From Paraphysomonas bandaiensis (taxonomy: Eukaryota > Protista > Chrysophyceae), in contig CBFFRP010000297.1 of NCBI GenBank assembly GCA_965644295.1, forward strand, positions 620,001-684,000: a stretch of 64,000 bases of DNA. The letters are read 5' to 3'. The notes under the pieces were generated by a model. It searched no databases. It saw only the letters and a list, made by a program, of their open reading frames with translations, and was not told the origin of the DNA. How positions within the stretch are numbered: the stretch's first letter is position 1; each line of letters opens with the position of its first letter. This document shows positions 52,101-64,000 of the stretch, in pieces. Position numbers and translations under genes: made by a program.

Positions 52101-53918
52101 GCATATACTCGTGTAGAGCCCTTACAGAAGTTGTGGCTGTACTCCTTGGGCGCATGGGCTGCTATGGAAATTATATTTATTCGGCCTGCTATTGTTTTGA
52201 TTACGGAAATTACAGTTCCCTCCCTTATATCTACGAAAATTTACAAAATCAAGTCCATGCTAGTCAGATGCATTACAGATTTGAACCGCTATACGCTGAA
52301 GCCTGGAAAATTTAAGTGGAGCTTGATGCTATTTGCATCAGCTCGAGTAGCTGCGAAATTTTTTGACAGCCGTTTAGGCGAGCTTTTACTAGCTGTGTCG
52401 CTTAATATACCCCGCCGCTCAGTTGATGTTAGTACGTATCCCACGTATGCATTAGATAAGCTGACCGTGTGTTTCAATGATGGGGTTATGTTGGGACCTA
52501 AAGGTGTCAACAGTAGTGTAGAACCACTTTGGGTTGTAATGCTCTCGTCGTTGTGTGTACCGTTCATTGGAGAAGTTGTTATTGAATTCGTTGTCTGTGT
52601 ATTTGTTTGCGTGATCCTGTTGATCCAGTTTGGGTTATTCGTAGCACATGGTCCAGTTTCTTTTGTGTTTGGAGGGAGTATATTTACTGTGATCGTGTTA
52701 TCTGTAATACTATGTGCAACGAAGCTAGGGAAAGAAATCCGGAGACAGCTGCGTATATTCATGTTTATTGAGGAAGAGGAGGAAGAAGAGGAGGATGTGG
52801 AGTCGTTATACGAATCAGATGGCGATGAATCGAAAGAGAGTGTCGTATCAAAACCACCCAGTGAGAGTGGTGATACTGTAGAGGAACTGGATTTTGATGG
52901 AGATGATGGTGACAAGAAATCCATCGTGGAGAGGCGAGAAAGTGATGTGTTTGACTGGATTGATAATGCGTTACAATCTGGCGCTGAGGACGAGGAAGAC
53001 GAAGACCTGATTGCCATGGCAAAATTAGAGGGAAAGAGAAGAAAGGATCGAAGGTCTAGACGGAAGGACAAAATCCGCCAGCCGAAAGAGCCTCGTGTAT
53101 CCCCCGGTGACAATAAACTGATGTATCGCAAGTCCCGCGTCCCGAATAATGGTAGCAACACAGGTGTCAAAAAAACGAACCGTATTCTTCCGGAGCCAGC
53201 TTCCACTGCTCTACCGGAGCATGATGCAGTCGCATCTGCACAAAAGCCTAACATTCGTAGCACCATCGCAATGATTGATGATGTGCTCAATATCGAGACT
53301 CCAAACAGGAAGAGAAGGAATCGGGTTAGCGCTGCACCTTCACCATCTAAGCCCACACCTCGCCCTCGGATGGGTCACATGATCAGTTCAAACTCAATCG
53401 ACAGTACCAATCTGTTTGATATTTCTACAAGCAAGGTCCCTCCGGTAGACTTGGATGCAGACTCAAGTAACGAAGACGCGGATACGAAGATATTGCGCCA
53501 CTTGACGTTGTTAGATAATGTTATTGATGAATTAGATGAAACCAAGAGGCAAGAAGAGATGAGCCCTATCTGGAAACCTACAAGGGTGACTGAGACAGCA
53601 ACGCGAAGGGCAATGGCTAGAAGCATTAGTCGGAGTTTAAGCAAAGAAAAATCCTATTCGTCGGAACACCAAGACGACGAAAAGATTATGCATATGGTGC
53701 AATTAAATGCGACGAATACACTTTCTTCGGATGAACATATAAATTCCTCCGAGAAGAAAGCGAAAGGAAGTGTTGATAACGTATATCGCAAGCCATCATT
53801 GATTAAAACCAAAACAATAAAGGAATTGTTGAAGGAGTCAGCCGAACTCGGTGATGATTCCTCTTCCAGCGAAGAGGAGAAGCCGAGGAGGAAACCTCGT
53901 CGGAAGAGAAAATCATAA
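37113..53918 (+). CDS. Giant single-exon polycystin-1/REJ-like membrane glycoprotein (~5600 aa)
   Basis: Signal peptide [21 protein letters not shown]; ~2900 aa of P[ST]G[QE] tetrapeptides; REJ motifs ([24 protein letters not shown]...[19 protein letters not shown]); EGF-like CSNHGVC; GPS-like CVPWNG...TTCLC; multiple TM helices; charged cytoplasmic tail. Confidence 0.85.
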   Translation: MKLCIIHIVVVLLLCSCRVLGTQSPTSVPSGQPSCFPSGEPSGQPSGQPTSEPTGEPTTRPSGQPTTQPTGEPSGSPSIIPSGQPTSVPSGQPSGLPSGQPSGQPTGQPSCVPSGQPTGQPSGQPTGQPSCVPSGEPSGQPTGQPTGQPSCVPSGQPTGQPSGQPTGQPSCVPSGEPTGQPTGQPTGQPSCVPSGQPTGQPSGQPTGQPSCVPTGEPSGQPTCVPTGEPSGQPTGQPTGQPTCIPTGEPSGQPTGQPTGQPSCVPSGEPSGQPTGQPTGQPSCVPSGQPTGQPSGQPTGQPSCVPSGEPSGQPTCVPTGEPSGQPTGQPTGQPTCIPTGEPSGQPTGQPTAQPTCIPSGQPSGQPTGQPTGQPTCVPTGEPSGQPSGQPTGQPSCVPTGEPSGQPTSEPTGEPTGKPTGQPTGQPTGKPTSQPTGQPTGQPTGQPSGQPTMQPSSQPTGLPTGQPSGQPTREPSSQPSSSPSGQPSVQPSVQPSGQPSGQPTVQPTGQPSSLPTGQPTSIPTNQPTGQPTGQPTAQPTSQPSGQPTGQPTSNPSSVPSGQPSGQPSGQPSGQPTGQPSGKPSAQPTSVPTGEPSGEPSGEPTSVPSSSPSGQPTSQPTSDPSGHPTGQPSGQPTGQPTGQPTGQPSIQPTSQPTGSPTGQPTSQPTGEPTGQPTGQPSGQPTSKPTNQPTGQPSGQPTAVPSSEPTSQPSGHPTSQPTGQPTGQPTGQPTGEPTRQPTCVPTSQPSGQPSSQPTGRPSGEPTVAPSSEPTGQPTGQPTSQPSGQPTGQPTSQPTGEPSSQPSGQPSGEPTGQPTGEPTAQPTNCPTGEPSGQPSSQPSGQPSCHPTGQPSGQPTGQPTGQPTGQPSGEPTFVPTGQPTGQPTGEPTGQPTGQPTRVPTGLPTGQPSGQPSCQPTGKPSGQPTGQPTGQPSGQPTGQPSGQPTGQPSGHPTGQPTGQPTGQPSGHPTGQPTGLPTVEPTGQPSGTPSCQPTGQPSGQPTGQPTGEPSGQPTGHPTGQPTGQPTGQPTGQPSGQPTGQPTGLPTGQPSGQPTGHPSGQPTGQPSGKPSGQPTGEPTGQPTSQPTGQPTGQPTSEPTGQPTNDPSGQPTGQPTGQPTGHPTGQPTGEPTGQPSGQPTGQPSGQPTGQPSGMPTGKPSGQPSGEPTGQPTSQPSCQPTGQPTGQPTGEPTSQPTGQPTGQPSGEPTGQPTGQPTGQPSGEPTGQPTCQPTGQPTGQPSGQPTTQPSGQPTGQPTSLPTGQPTGEPTGQPSGQPTGQPTGEPTCLPTGQPTGEPSAQPTGQPTGQPSAKPSSLPTGLPTGMPTSQPSGQPTGQPTGQPTGQPSGQPTGEPTSLPTGQPTGQPTGQPSGQPTGQPTGQPTGQPSGQPTGEPTSLPSGQPTGQPTGQPSGQPTGQPSGQPTGEPTGQPTGQPTGQPTGEPSGQPTGQPTGQPTGQPSGQPTGEPTRRPSGQPTGQPTGQPSGQPTGQPSGQPTGEPTSLPTGQPTGQPTGEPSGQPTGQPTGQPTGQPSGQPTGEPTGQPTGQPSSQPTGQPTGQPTGQPSGQPTGEPTSLPTGQPTGQPTGEPSGQPTGQPTGQPTGQPSGQPTGGPTSLPSGQPTGQPTGQPSGQPTSQPSGQPTGEPTSLPTGQPTGQPTGEPSGQPTGQPTGKPTGQPSGEPTGQPTGQPTGQPSSQPTGQPTGQPTGQPSGQPTGEPTGQPTGQPTGQPTGEPSGQPTGQPTGQPTGQPSGQPTGEPTSLPSGQPTGQPTGQPSGQPTGQPSGQPTGEPTSLPTGQPTGQPTGEPSGQPTGQPTGQPTGQPSGQPTGEPTSLPSGQPTGQPTGQPSGQPTGQPTGQPTGEPTSLPTGQPTGQPTGEPSGQPTGQPTGQPSGQPSGQPTGEPTSLPTGQPTGQPTGQPSGQPTGQPSCQPTGEPTSLPTGQPTGQPTGEPSGQPTGQPTGQPTGQPSGQPTGEPTSLPTGQPTGQPTGQPSGQPTGQPTGQPTGEPTSLPTGQPTGQPTGEPSGQPTGQPTGQPSGQPSGQPTGEPTSLPTGQPTGQPTGQPSGQPTGQPSGQPTGEPTSLPTGQPTGQPTGEPSGQPTGQPTGQPTGQPSGEPTGQPTGQPTGQPTGQPTGQPSGQPTGQPTGQPTGEPTGQPTGQPTGQPTGEPSGQPTGQPTGQPTGQPSGEPTGQPTGQPTGQPTGQPTGQPTGQPTGQPTGQPTGEPTGQPTGQPTGQPTGEPSGQPTGQPTGQPTGQPSGEPTGQPTGQPTGQPSSQPTGQPTGQPTGQPTGQPTGEPTGQPTGQPTGQPTGEPSGQPTGQPTGKPTGQPSGEPTGQPTGQPTGQPTGQPTGQPTGQPTGQPTGQPTGEPTGQPTGQPTGQPSSQPSGQPTGQPTGQPTGEPTGQPTGQPTGQPTGEPSGQPTGQPTGEPTGQPSGEPSGQPTGQPTGQPTGRPTGQPTGQPTCVPSGQPSGQPTGQPTGEPTGQPTGQPSGQPSGQPTGQPSGQPTGQPTGEPSSQPSGQPSGQPTGEPTGEPTGQPTGQPSGQPSGQPTGQPTGLPTGQPTGEPTGEPTGQPSGQPTGEPTGQPTSQPTGQPSGQPTGQPTGQPTGQPTGQPTGQPTGQPTGQPTGQPSSQPTGQPTGQPTGQPTGEPTGQPTGQPTGQPTGEPSGQPTGQPTGEPTGQPSGEPSGQPTGQPTGQPTGQPTGQPTGQPTCVPSGQPSGQPTGQPTGEPTGQPTGQPSGQPSGQPTGQPSGQPTGQPTGEPSSQPSGQPSGQPTGEPTGEPTGQPTGQPSGQPSGQPTGQPTGQPTGEPSGQPSGQPTGQPTGQPTGQPTGEPSSQPTGQPSGQPTGEPTGQPTSQPTGQPSGQPTGQPTGEPTGQPTGQPTGQPTGQPTGQPTGQPTGQPTGQPTGQPSGQPTGQPTSNPSISHNPTSMPSSLPSFIPTSVPSQSPSLSSISSFSEDVSGLFNDLSASSYEWYVESFYNGNQVFGGCSSWTAFRKTSLPRRGLSAYPVWIDFLQYYNWPISEMTNVACSNQSGIVAITNALIFSTQENITCENHIWRIKKCPSNAIALCVDCDNPCEPYSSYCDIFPKLETAPCSGMNTKDPVCPFPTGMARLLKLKYVQYDPAPTVTSIVANNTGVNSVSVSLEVSGNGTVYCLALVNPDVPYAVSQVVVLGQQATVFVGQSTILPFNNLQSSTSYNVFCVVESLEGSRSSLSETLASKLEVSTLCCKRVTVATDINSKIYVEGDSLLDIISVSLESAPSVSLHLNITITFTSSVDSSVSDYTSYLYPNSVVQYTTAVENDVYSLNRVAEPGTYTMAFFIHGVSSSEFSLSTVGSTSFTVLSKNEEPAVPQPVTAQFGNYGKFVYIVFNSATNMGNLPFGTFACSKLFSFTNSPTTTCRWVSSKNCSVSLATNTNLVMGSEIIVLSNRLRAQCTAASCSSWAYVPKTTISIRPPQSVLVPTVRVSTASYLGMCDDMKWDLASSTGSGGRDWSSITFTVSSTTASASSLSTLQSYMNTLGLSPYRAPLIIPRSYLSPSTTYTITTTMCNFLSGCGSTKTVVTVIPSAAPRVVISGSSLRTIVRSDSLSLKATATTANCDSGREISSSSNIVYSWAVFDSDSKQITSLQSSSKSSNIFLLKPYSLSVNQAYTFTVTAYDRVLEQASSTSVTVLVSSLGVKAIIAGGYEKSLPLGQSITLDASYSYDLNEPVAHLPSFVYTWTCTQYLPVLSVTCPLKFTSGVTGKRVKTVELETLDTSANTTAAISVTVDAEGGRTSTATVLVEVADPHTPTIVFDTVLRGVKLNPSKKITVSANIQTAQTCMMSWSVNERGFSENPDFNLKSRATTPVSRLLTVNNPGTPLLYASNLVLKPDALDGGVTYVFTLSCVTTDTSSVRSFEKIEIITNGPPSDGSLMISPSDGEELLTVFTFSAYNWNDDDIPITFEFGYISSKGDDLVLQSRSETVELSTIMSKGRAPRFAVVTSVTVYDSLNANTSSFQTITVRHQSNDTDTLSTVEDLLSSSSVSEGQLSVISGALNEVNCTNAPDCAALNRGDCFEFPHTCGYCLEGYVGEDGSANFECIAESLVQGSIRSRYLASVTSVSCDSGCGVWEHCELDPSSGRGVCVKDSKECADTTCSNHGVCVYFSNRGAPVSSCYTGSLTCHAQCICHDGYAGPVCSYTATEFDDKVLLREQSISTFLVLLATQDNNAETIARNIDSLAALCQQKSEISLSAAVNVLEAIETIVTASSGLSVQTQVLAKLFFSVNAAFEVLSPTIDRSYLVNIVDDLCAAILSEMLVGEDPATEVESFLRLSIVSLDATGEQNVSLSAPLTTYESVIGVSSDDIVLSNLDDTFSDNKVQGWISVLNSLYVLKSDGRPAFISDILRVNFLPSYGFFANNTNSSALITIQNDESQSFDNTSVSDSWRYSVTTTCHADDEGYIALSCPMSGLEFSVYCNKTAGIFTTLCPSRSLEVIPQCVPWNGTGTVPTACSLVSFDATSTTCLCPLKDSLLGNILSDNGRRRLTVKNVHTLQLATAINKVYSFGDATITSDFTPFENFKFVAGTTTMYSLVALVILGAVTILCGYFCEYQVEELSTIDEHKVFIEEDLKVKQLEVIADGVNNSSRATDVVEKALPHVYHGALEGLSWTRLMMHELMNYHKWLQVVLIFISPAVPQVGMYRNLLLDSIMLLCDAVTMFFIQGLVCIIFDPLRIDNETCIHYDTEQKCHHKYILVSSFGQFIGRRCEWDDNDQSCNLRSPAASLWSIAVGACVAAVLSIPLCHCVRYLMRYYIVVPSLKSSVATRGYNWVLHFLPSSFIAWVVRGRRCHNPWVRVFDMLEISREYEYIYSAAESDLLVLKGKVANHLRTLSSPGEKKQFAMFWGIRSGLFNDNSSIDESDSSSHDSERYSSELNDDIFMKELIRVHTAISREQSVILRKLKYSENPLDEFRVVQLLVEDLLSDAECSIFKWKCVRDEHIAGNFEPKYIGVKLLAMSVVFTYLWLAVVFIFFFAYTRVEPLQKLWLYSLGAWAAMEIIFIRPAIVLITEITVPSLISTKIYKIKSMLVRCITDLNRYTLKPGKFKWSLMLFASARVAAKFFDSRLGELLLAVSLNIPRRSVDVSTYPTYALDKLTVCFNDGVMLGPKGVNSSVEPLWVVMLSSLCVPFIGEVVIEFVVCVFVCVILLIQFGLFVAHGPVSFVFGGSIFTVIVLSVILCATKLGKEIRRQLRIFMFIEEEEEEEEDVESLYESDGDESKESVVSKPPSESGDTVEELDFDGDDGDKKSIVERRESDVFDWIDNALQSGAEDEEDEDLIAMAKLEGKRRKDRRSRRKDKIRQPKEPRVSPGDNKLMYRKSRVPNNGSNTGVKKTNRILPEPASTALPEHDAVASAQKPNIRSTIAMIDDVLNIETPNRKRRNRVSAAPSPSKPTPRPRMGHMISSNSIDSTNLFDISTSKVPPVDLDADSSNEDADTKILRHLTLLDNVIDELDETKRQEEMSPIWKPTRVTETATRRAMARSISRSLSKEKSYSSEHQDDEKIMHMVQLNATNTLSSDEHINSSEKKAKGSVDNVYRKPSLIKTKTIKELLKESAELGDDSSSSEEEKPRRKPRRKRKS
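37180..45850 (+). repeat. Coding 12-bp tandem repeat array (P-T/S-G-Q/E) with higher-order units
   Basis: 12-bp period, with a 216-bp higher-order period around 42.3-44 kb and a 744-bp offset duplication (44441 vs 45185). Confidence 0.95.
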
Positions 53919-54410
53919 TGTAGAGATTGATATCAATTCGATGTATTGCAATCTTGTTATGAGGTTGTGAAATTTTACTCATTCCTTGTTGGTAGCGCTG
54001 AATGAATGTTGAATCTTGTGGTGAGTAGCCTTGTATTATTTGGTACAAAACAGGCAATAAGTAATAATATCTGTGTTCTTGATATATCTCATCTGCATTC
54101 AGCGCCACGCAGCTTGAGCTAAATCGCTATGGTAAGGCGATAATTCTTACTTCGTTGTCACTGTTATACAATATTGTTTTACAGTTTCTCTACTACTACT
54201 AGCTTGTTTCCTTTGGTTAGGAGTATCTCTGGTTTAGGAAGAGTGGATTTAGAATTACCAGTAATGCACCGTAACAGGATAGTATTAAACTACTACGTCA
54301 CAGAAAAAAAGTTGTCAGTGTCTGTTGGAATGGGACATCTCCTAGAAAGGTAAGGTTTTACAATGTAATCTGACGATTGCTCTCCACTACAAGGAAATGA
54401 TGAATAAGTA

Positions 54411-54650
54411 ATGTTAGATAATAATATTGCTGAATTAGATGAAACGAAGAGGCAAGAGATGAGCCCTAACTGGAAACCTACGAGAGTGACGGAGACAGCA
54501 ACGCGAAGGGCAATATCTAGAAGCATTAGTAGGAGTCTGAGCACCAAGACGACGAAAAGATTATGCATATATATGGTGCAATCAAATGCGATAGATACAC
54601 GTTATTTGGATGAACATATACATTCCCCCGAGATGAAGGCGAAAGAATTC
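54411..54650 (+). pseudogene. Diverged partial duplicate of the REJ-gene 3' tail (53508-53770)
   Basis: [43 protein letters not shown] matches [44 protein letters not shown], with indels afterwards. Confidence 0.85.
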
Positions 54651-56269
54651 ATTTACTTTAAACTTAGAACCGTAAAGTATCCTTGATTTTTTCACAATAT
54701 AAAGAAATCCCATGATTGAAAAAGTTTACTTCGTGGCCCCTATCGTTTCATAAGTTCATGTGGTACTGTTTCAAACGCCTTGGCTATTATTTATCAAGTC
54801 CGTAGTTCCTGAATGTGTTGAAGCACAGAGAAAGCTACTTTCCAACGCGAATAAAGCTTATGATCTGCCTTCGAATTCTTGGAAAGGACCCTGACTGTGA
54901 CACTTGCGAGCAATTTAGTGGTGTTCCGAAATCTACATATTTCACATGCTCTGCAGTGAAATGGTCACTAACTTCGTCTATTTCCCAGAAGATGGGGTGA
55001 TATCCGTTGACCTCATACAGCTTTCTCTGTGCTTCTTAAACTGTATAATATAAATGTGTTGTCGGTATCGCTGAAGTAATACGTAAGAAAGTAGTCAAAA
55101 ATATCATAAATGTTCTTCACACTGTTAACATCTATATAGTTACTTATTGTGCATAGTTATACCCTTTTCCGACCATCATTAAAAATTTCACCAGGTTTTG
55201 GTATTACCCCGACTTATTGTAGCTTCAACACAGACTGGAACTGAGGACTTGATAAATAGTATCCAAGGCATTCGAAATCTGTCGCTGAATTTCTCTGTTT
55301 CGAGATGGAATGACTATTGATAAGTTGACCCCATTGTTCTTCAGTAAACTTTGTCCCTCCTTTTACGACAGGATATTTTTACCATATAGACCTTCCTCTA
55401 CGTTATACAAAAAGATCAGCTCTGACATCGATCAGAGAGACAGCATTGCTATCCGGGATGCATTGCTATCCGGGATGCATTGCTAAATGTGATATCATTG
55501 AGTCGTAAAGCAAAGCATCTTATGAGAATTTCATGTAATATGTACTCGGTGGGTGTTCGAAACTTAAAAGAAACAAAAATTCAGTATTAATTTTTAGTGT
55601 CGACTAATAAGACGACTTTTTACTACTAAATTTTACCTACCCACTACAGAAACACTGAGTTTTCAGATTTCAGTATTCAAGGAATCAGTACTCCTTAATA
55701 AGACCGACCCTGATTGGTGGTCGAGGCGATATAGATTTAGTGAAGTACGAAATGAATGTTGAGAGATGTTAGTCACATCAGCTATATTTAGTATGATGAC
55801 AGCTCATGTACTTAAGTTCAACCAGCCTATAAGTGTCGATTTTGGATATAGTCAAGATTCATTTAGGATACTAAAAGAGCAATCATAATCATGCACTATA
55901 CTTTTATGTTTGTATATTTAACCTCTGGATAAGTACCTGACAACTGTACTTCTGTTCATATTAGCTGAAATCGATGTAGATCTCAAGGAAGTGGTATAAA
56001 ATAGGGAATGCGTACCAATTAATTTTCAATTAATTGACGCAGGTTGTAGTCGATTGTAATTATAGTTATTACTTGCTGTCCCACTTAATTGATTTGCTAT
56101 TAAATACTAAAATACTATACATTAGTACTCAAACAGCAATACATTTGCTGCCAACATAGATTTCTCTATTGTAATTTCATTCCAGAGAGGCCACGATTCA
56201 TGCGTAAAAGCATAAGCAGCTCTAAATGCCGAGGAGTCATATCCTACGCAAATGAGTCATAGTAGTACA

Positions 56270-56427
56270 TGTCTTTTTATTAGCAATAGGCATGTACGAG
56301 TCAGAACTAATGTAGCAAAACAATTTAACTAACCAGTGCTTATCTCTGATATCCTACTATTTAATTTAACGCTACGAAAGTTGCTTGTGCGTCACCGCAA
56401 GCACCAAGGTGCAACCACTTTCGCTCT
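56270..56427 (-). repeat. Dispersed repeat family R1, short copy
   Basis: TTATTAGCAATAGGC...GAGTCAGAACTA...GCTTGTGCGTCACCGCAAGCACCAAGGTGCAACCACTTTCGCTC, colinear with 13500-13713. Confidence 0.85.
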
Positions 56428-56549
56428 ATCGCTCAAAGCAAACGCAGTGAGCAAGCAAAATGTTGATATTCAAAAAAAATGAGTCGTAACATTCTTAGCA
56501 CTTAGTAGTACTGAATAATCTTTCAACCTCATTGGTTTGGCATGTTTAT

Positions 56550-57717
56550 CAGGGCTGCGAAACAATTAATTGAATTGCATGGAATATAAGTAATAATAGC
56601 AATTATAATTGCTCGCTGGAAGGTTGCAATTAAATTGCTATTAATAGGCAATTATTTTCTATATATAGTAGTATAAAGACATCATAATATTAGAATTTGA
56701 AGTTAGAAAACGTTAAAAGCGATGGCGATTTAATGCCCTTAATGTCCATCACCCTTAATGGCTATATTACAATAATAGCTATTAAAATGGTGGGAAGACT
56801 GCCTCTCATTCGTGAGGAACTGTTTATTTGAAAGGTCGATTTCGTTTTTTTCCTCTTGATCTTGAGCTACGAGACTAAGTTCAGCTCTATCCATAGCGCA
56901 CTACTCTTCTAGTTTGAAGATATACAGTATGTCTATAAGTTGTTTGATGGCAAACATCTTCTTACTCCCATCCTGCCTTTTAGAGATAACTGCAGGATTG
57001 AAGTTCACTATGAACTGGACGATGTGCAGCATCGATTATCAGGGCTTTTTACTGCTTTCTGCAGTCAAAGTCCAGGATATTTAGAGTTTTGATCATCATG
57101 TTGTATTCTACTCGACTTTTTATCATCATTATAATTCACATGGTTATCATTATCATTAATCTAGAGGTGTCTGACAACGTAACACCTGAATCCTCTTCAA
57201 GGATGCTTTTTACCAACTTGTGCAAAGAGCTCCGCACTCTGATAAATGAAATGAAATTGAGGAAACATGACTTGCCATGCGCTCTTGTGAGGAGTGAAAT
57301 GGCACTCGATGGAATTCTATATGTACCCTGCTTCAAAGATTTTTGGAGTTGGCACGAGATCTGGGCAAGTGCAGTTCGACAATGAGGTCAACGAGCAAAG
57401 TATAAAAGCGACTACGCACAACCAAACCAACTAAGTGTGACTGCTTGAAGCATATTTACTCCACTAATAATTGTGTAGAAAGGCTTTTTAGTAGATCAAA
57501 AATCAACATCAGTGATCTGCGCAAATCTCTGGCACCTCATCGATTAGATTCTTGCGCTTTATAATAGACTTCTGTGGAATGCAAGTACGATAAAAGTGCT
57601 TGTAATGGGCAACTAAGTTAATTTTAGACAATAATTGGCAAATAAATGGCAATTATAATTGCGCGGGCTATAACTAATAATTGCAATTTAATTGCAATTA
57701 ATTGTTACGCAGCCCTT
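56550..57717 (+). mobile_element. Degenerate hAT DNA transposon
   Basis: TIRs CAGGGCTGCGAAACAATTAATTG and CAATTAATTGTTACGCAGCCCT; CAATT-rich subterminal repeats; remnant STNNCVERLFSRSKINISDLRKSL (hAT dimerisation motif) at ~57460-57540. No 8-bp TSD found. Confidence 0.8.
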
Positions 57718-57724
57718 AAATTAA

Positions 57725-58917
57725 AAGTCGACCTGGGCATGAAACCGGGTGAACGGTCGAAACCTGGGAAAATTTTACAAATGATACTGCTGACTAAAAT
57801 TAGACAGCGTTTTGTTTAAACTAGTGTAGTAGGTGTTGCATTGACGCGTTTTTAATGCATTTTGATTATATTTTAAAGTCATTAGAGTGGTTATAATAAC
57901 CTAAACATGTAACGGATATACATATATATGTTGCTATAGTATACTATATATATAATGGGAGTGTCAAGGGGAGAAACGGGGGAGTTAAGGGAATCAACAC
58001 AGCAAAAGGAGCAGCTGCAAAGTCCAAGTACACAACGGTATGAATACACTTGATGTAGCTTGCAGATACTAATCACTTTTGTCATATCAGAATCATGTCA
58101 TTGACCTCACAGCCGATAAGGCAAGATCTACGTTGCAGGGGAGTTGCGTCTTCAAAAGCAGGAGCAAAACCACAGAGAGGGGATGGCTGCCATGGAACAG
58201 TAGCTTGTTGTGGCCTGTGCCAGTCGTGATGTTGCTGAAAAGGACGTTGTTGATAGCTAAATATCTACTGATATGCCTCATATATCACCTACTACACCTC
58301 ACAATGTTTCTACTATTATGTCCTATATGTAGAACCCACTATGCCTCCTAACATGCCTGCAATGTCTAATGCACCTCATATTGGCATGATGTCTGTATCT
58401 CACGGGACACCGTCGTCCTCTGAAAGCAATGCATATACGTCGTCTGCTCTACTGCGTTACAGTTAAACAACAACATGCATGATGATAGCAGTTACAAGGA
58501 ATATTTCCGTATACAGGCGGCTCAAGACCAAGCGGCTCGACTTAAGCGTGCGCTCCAAGATGCCATAAAACTGCAATTACTTCAAATCATGTTTATGAAG
58601 TAGCATTACACTATATATATGTAGTAAGGGTTAATAAGATATGTATCATGATCATTAGTAATTATAATATTATAACAAGCATCAATTGGGAACAACATGA
58701 GTATCAGTTAGTAGTACTCTCATAATGTTTTTTTTCCCTTTTCTACAACCTGTTACTAACAAGCAAAACTTACAATAACATGTCAAAGTAGTTACTATAA
58801 GCATTTTAATTGATGTTTATGCCTCCAGAAAAATTCTTTTGACATCTCTACTATACGCTAATTTCATATGAAAACCTGGTCAAATCCACTTCCCAGGTTT
58901 CATGCCCAGGTCGACTT
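57725..58917. mobile_element. Non-autonomous TIR element, PIF/Harbinger-like
   Basis: TIR AAGTCGACCTGGGCATGAAACC at both ends, flanked by TAA on both sides (57722-57724, 58918-58920). Confidence 0.75.
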
Positions 58918-59035
58918 TAACGCTCATATCGCTTATCAAGTAAATGAAATGTTATGTGAGATAAATGCAAAAGACTTTACTACCTTTTGACTTCTACCAA
59001 TCTTCGGGTTTTACCTTAACCCTCAACAAAGTTGG

Positions 59036-59485
59036 ACTCGCACCTTTTCGTGGTGTTCTGGGGGATAAGTACCGGAGAGATTCTCTCTGGGAAACTAACG
59101 TGAGCCGCAAACATAGTCGAATGCTTGTGTGGTACAAGGGACACTAATAAGTGTCACTTGCGTAGACGTCTTTGGGCTCTGACGAATAAACAGGCAACCG
59201 GGAATGGGCGCACCTCAAGGGCATCCGGGACAGGGCCCACCTGAAGGGTAACCGGGGTATTGGGTTGCCTGCTGAAGTCAAGCATCCGGGATGTTAACCT
59301 TAAGCACAGAGAGTGGAAGTGGTTGCACCTTGGTGCTTGCGGCGACGCACAAGCAGCTTCCGTAGTGTTAAATAGTGGATTAGTTACAGGTAGGGGTCTA
59401 ACTAGTTTGTCTAGCCTTCATCTAACTACTAAGTTGGTGCAGGTTTTTAACGCCTATTGCTAATAATAAGACTTTCAATATATAT
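59036..59485 (+). repeat. Dispersed repeat family R1, longest copy, hairpin-rich
   Basis: Colinear with the reverse complements of 13600-13980 and 12925-13111. Confidence 0.8.
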
Positions 59486-59600
59486 TTAATAGAGTTTAAA
59501 TAATAAAATAGGATTTTAAACAAAATATGCCGTTTTATGACAACTTGCCAGTGACTAATTGGTGATATTTTTTGATAAGAGTTATAATATCAATTTTAAT

Positions 59601-59623
59601 CAATTAATTGTTACGCAGCCCTG
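59601..59623. repeat. Additional right-hand TIR of the hAT family
   Basis: CAATTAATTGTTACGCAGCCCTG is the reverse complement (one mismatch) of 56550-56572. Confidence 0.75.
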
Positions 59624-59881
59624 GTATAAAAGCGCCTAAAATTTGGAAATACAAAAACATTTTATTTTGGTTATCTTACATTTCTCTTAAGTGTTTGAGA
59701 TACTGCGACAGGTATGTGCACAATGTTATTTCAAAAGCGATTGACAAGATTTTTCAAGAGTGACGATTTCTGTGCCGTCTAGGTCCAAAGCTTGCATGTA
59801 GTATCTCAATGCCATTGTTCCCTATTTACAATCATCTGGTACTATACTATACTCACACTGTTAATTCAGCGTGGTGCGTAA

Positions 59882-61714
59882 CTACTGCAGAGGTACTAAT
59901 GACCCTATGATCTGAAAAACACAGATAACCAGTGCAATGCCTGCAAGAAGTAAAACCCCGTAGGTATACCGGACGCTACTAAAAAAGCCACAATACGGAT
60001 TTTTTTCCACGAAGAGTTCTGTGACGCCATCCGAAATGTCGTATAACTGTTCCAATGAGAATTGCTGAAGTAGAGCAGGCGTAACAAGTGCTACCAGAAT
60101 GCCGCATACTCCTGCAAGCTGAAGAGTGAGGCTTAAATCCGTTATAAATACGCTCAGTATAATTGGAGGTAGAGCGGCAACAAGTCTCCATAGCCGCACA
60201 GTTAAAACCTTTGAGCAGTGGTTGGTCGATGATCCCTGGTAGGCACTGTCCCCTGAAATGAATCTATCCAGAAAGCGTACTACAGAAGTTGGCATACACG
60301 AAAGGACACGAGACACTCTTTTATATGCCTTCGGAAAAGCAGCGTGAAAGTTATTTCCTAGAGTGTTGGCGATTAGAGGGAAGACTGACACAGTGTCAAG
60401 TGCAGGGAAGAGGACCACAGTCATTGCCATGAGACGAATAAGTATTTGGGAAACTATAGGGACATGACCAGCTCCCCAGTCAAACCCCACAAAATTCAAA
60501 TTTATCGCTTGGTTAATAATCGGTCCAAAGTACACAACACAAGCTATACCTGTCAGGATGTATATAACACCAGTCGTTATAAGAGCAGACCCAAATATTG
60601 TAGCCACGTGAACTCTGTCGTGTTGGTGTAATGGACGTATCAATCCAGGAACACTGTGCTGAAACAGTTGACTGAAAATTGCAGTAGTGAACATAAGCCC
60701 AAACCCTGAGCCCTTGAAGAGCGGCACATGGGAATCTTGAGTAGTAGCGTAGCCATTCTCTTCTGGGTCAAGCGACATTGCAGCAAGAGTGCCAAGGAGG
60801 AGAATAGCGAGAGACACAAATCGCAGGATTGACATCAGTACTTGAATCGAAATCTGTTCGGCAAGATCTACACATGACAGTGGGACAGCTAGGGCACCGA
60901 AGATTATTGAGGGTACTACAGGAGGAAGGCCAGACCATATCTGAGATGAAAAGGTACTCACAAACACCTGAGTGTATGCAATCAGGCCAACGAACATGAG
61001 CATCATGAGGGCAGACTGATAAAACGTTTTTCCATACGGACCCAGGAATCGAAGAACCAATTCAAGCACCTCAGATTCTTCTTCAAAGTGAGAGACTGTG
61101 TTATCTTTTTCATCACTCAAATGCTTCACAGGGGTTGAGTAGTTAGAAATGCAGTCAGAAGGTTTCGCTAATGCTGTCAATTCTGTAACATTTGTTTGTC
61201 CTGGGCTGCCGATTTCTGAGTATCCTCTGCAGCGTAGAGTTAACTGCTTCTCACAAGAGTAATCAGAATTCTTCCTATATCGAGCTGTATACATGTACGG
61301 ACTCTGCTGTCTTCCATACTTTCGAAGTTGAATATCTCTATGACCAGTTTCTGCTACCCTATAACATTTATCAGTCTACATATACGTATATATACATACA
61401 TATCCATATACGGATACTCCCATACATTAAGACATACACGCATCTCCTCACCATGACACAGTGATATACGCCACACCAGATAAGCATACAATTAACAATG
61501 TTCCCAGTATAATCCCACTCTGATAGAAGGCGTATGGTATCCCCAGACAGCCCACTCCCAGTATGTAATTGATAGTAAAGAAGTAACAGATGAGAGGCGT
61601 GTAGTCTCCTGTACGACTGAATGAATCAAGTACAGGAGCTAAACGACCACTTGCCCATCCACTCCAATCACCTTCTTCTTCACCGTGTTCATCGTATATA
61701 CTTGACCAGTCCAT
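59882..61714 (-). CDS. Amino-acid transporter (Aa_trans/AAAP family), two exons (61714-61452, 61358-59882)
   Basis: FTINYILGVGCLGIPYAFYQSG, FSQLFQHSVPGL and many TM segments. The gtgagg...ttatag intron restores the frame. Confidence 0.9.
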
Positions 61715-62850
61715 CCGCTTCGCTGGTCATGTATGTATGTATGCATGTACTTAACAACACCATAATACACACACATAAACAACCAGCCAGATACACACAC
61801 ACATACATACATACACATACACCCACATACAAATACAGCAGCTGTATACTCTACTCTGTATATGTATGTATATGTATGTATATGTATGTCAGTATGTTTG
61901 AATATCATGTTCGATGCAACCTTTAGGCTTCACACAAAACCTGGCATTTATATATATAAAACTACCATTTTACAGGGAAATAGCCACTTTATTAGTTGTA
62001 AAACACTGTTAGAATACTCTACTATTCTCCTTGAACGTCATATCCGTTAGTGGCATATATCAATATTCGACCATACTTACTGCAAACATGAGTGAGACAG
62101 ATTCAGACAGGGAGGAAGCGTTGCCTCAATAGTGAAGAGGAAGTGGCCGTATACGCCGACAGCCGGTTGTGTCTGTTGACTCCAATGCTGATAATGTATC
62201 TGACTATAAGAAGAAACGAACAAAAGCAGGAATGAAAGCAGCATACAAGCAAACGTTGGCCATATTGTAGCGTGGTATTAAACAGAGTACCCTGAAGCTC
62301 TAGATGATGATGAAAATTTGAAGATTCCATTCCCGAAAAGACATCTCTCTTGAGTACTTCTGTCATCTGTTTACCTAATATGAAATACCCTACTACATAC
62401 ATCTATATGCATGTGGAAACTACTCAGTATTTTCTAACTAATCTTTGTATAAACTAATGTGAACTCACAATGTGATTTTATATCATAACCGAAGTGTATG
62501 TTTCTAGTTCTCCCCACTGGAGTCTAATTGAACATTCAGCAGAATCTAACTTCTACTATCGTAACGTTGAATAAGTATGAGAGCAACAAAGTCTATATGT
62601 ATATATGCGTTGTCTATATTATAACTGTTAAGTAAAAACAAAAGCAATATTGAAAATAAAAAGTCTAATGAGAATCTCAGCCGCGTAACATAGTATATCT
62701 TTCGGGATCTTTAGTTTTACAAGATTTGTCAACATATTTGAGAGTAAATAAAATCTACACACTGACAGATATTTGGACATATACCATATGACATGCTAGG
62801 GTTGACTACAAAATTTTTATTACTACATATATACTATTTTATAGGATGTG

Positions 62851-64000
62851 CTATTCATGGGCATTCTGTGATACAAGGGATTCACTTTGCTGAATGACGT
62901 GCCGGGATATTTTCTTGATGCGCTTCTTTGCACCCATACCCACTGTCACTAAATCAAAATCTACAATTTCTCCCTGTGGAGTCAGAGTCCTCATCCCTTC
63001 GGATGCATGTACTAAGCGATGCCTCTTCATAAAGGGCCCTTTGCGTTGTGACGGTAGGGTTTCATTGATAAACCTAGAAATTTCCAATCGTCCTACAATG
63101 TCTCCAAATATGGCATTAGTGCACCACACAACATCAGAATCGGAACAAAACAAAGCTGCAGCTGCCATTCCATCACGACAATCTACAGCATTCAAGAAGC
63201 GTGCTAATAGTTCACGATCACTAAATCGAGATGAGTATGTAGTGTGGAGGAGTCTTTCGCTGGTATGAGATAATGGGGCACCAAGAAAGTCACGGTACAG
63301 CTTCTGTACTTCGGTATTTTCATGACTCCGCCGGGTAACTTGCTTCTCATCAATTAAGTATATTCCCGCCGCACGCTTAGACAGAATATTTTTGTCATCA
63401 CTTTTAGGCTCTCCACCACCGCCCAAGCAACCACCTATGCAGGCCATAACTTCTATGGCTACAAAACGTGACTTCCATTCATCAGTCTCCAGCATTCGTT
63501 GAGCTGAGGCAATACCATTGCACACTGCGACTTCACCAATACCAGGCACTGTGGCGACCTTTACTCCAGGTAATGTTCCACGCACTTCACGGAAGTCCAT
63601 TCTTGAGTTAGCTAGAGCGGGGAGCTCTTCAGAATTATCACTCTTTTCGTTTTTGACTCCTATGTCACTGACATTCTGTTCTGTATCATTTGCAACTAGA
63701 CACACAGCTGTGCGGAGTGCCGCTTCCATTACTCCTCCACTTGCCCCGAATATCTGACCAGCGCCTACATATGACCATAACGGGGTTATTACATTTTATA
63801 TATAATTCGACAAGGCGTTACACACGACCTAGACTAGGTGTACTCACAAGATTTACCTGTCGATTCTCCAATGGGACTATCAAATTGCCCTTCGTTGGGA
63901 AGCGAAGCAAACTGTATACCCCTCGCACGTATCATTCTAGCAAGCTCTCTGGTTGTTATAGCGACATCCACATCACCCTGCATGCCTGGACGTTCCACTT
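62851..64000 (-). CDS. hydA: [FeFe]-hydrogenase, 3' part (H-domain + small-subunit domain + C-terminal SnoaL/NTF2-like extension); 5' part lies beyond the window
   Basis: DVDVAITTRELARMI, GESTG|AGQIFGASGGVMEAALRT (intron 63856-63765), L3 motif EVMACIGGCLGGGGEP, SSU motif RRSHENTEVQKLYRDFLGAPLSHTSERLLHTTY. Confidence 0.9.

Noticed and set aside
59175-59190. CTGACGA as a hammerhead ribozyme core
   Set aside because: No stem II plus GAAA follows, and the paralogous copy has TTGACGA in a simple hairpin.
61621-62050. Short ORFs in (CA/TA)-rich tracts (also ~460-600 and ~11300-11700)
   Set aside because: They are low-complexity microsatellite sequence in UTRs, introns or promoters.
62851-64000. 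Nar1/NARF instead of a true hydrogenase
   Set aside because: GESTGAGxIFGxSGGVMEAALRT and TTRELAxMI are HydA-type; Nar1 has SGGY at this position.

Overview
Eukaryotic nuclear DNA with short GT-AG introns. The host is inferred to be a flagellated protist, probably a stramenopile (chrysophyte-like), from an axonemal dynein LC1 gene, a giant PS/TGQ-repeat REJ protein and a CoDi-type Copia remnant. Bases 1-17.7 kb hold ordinary host genes: DNAL1, a HEAT-like protein, GPI, two EF-hand proteins, a cytochrome b5/flavin amine oxidase fusion and two tRNA-Phe. Bases 17.8-30 kb are an accessory patchwork: a 20-bp minisatellite, a degraded intronless giant-virus-like segment with a kinase between inverted repeats, a disrupted Cys-nucleophile trypsin-fold peptidase and TE fragments. 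Four copies of a 35-bp hairpin motif (TTGTGTTGGTATACCCTAAGGGGTATACCGGTTTA) sit at junctions between unrelated fragments here; this is the most unusual signal in the window. Then follow a young Ty1/Copia element with identical LTRs (30778-36070), a 16.8-kb single-exon polycystin/REJ-like gene, nested DNA-transposon remnants, a dispersed structured repeat with an HDV-ribozyme-like segment, an amino-acid transporter, and the 3' part of an [FeFe]-hydrogenase with an extra C-terminal SnoaL/NTF2-like domain. All calls come from manual reading; no database searches were run.
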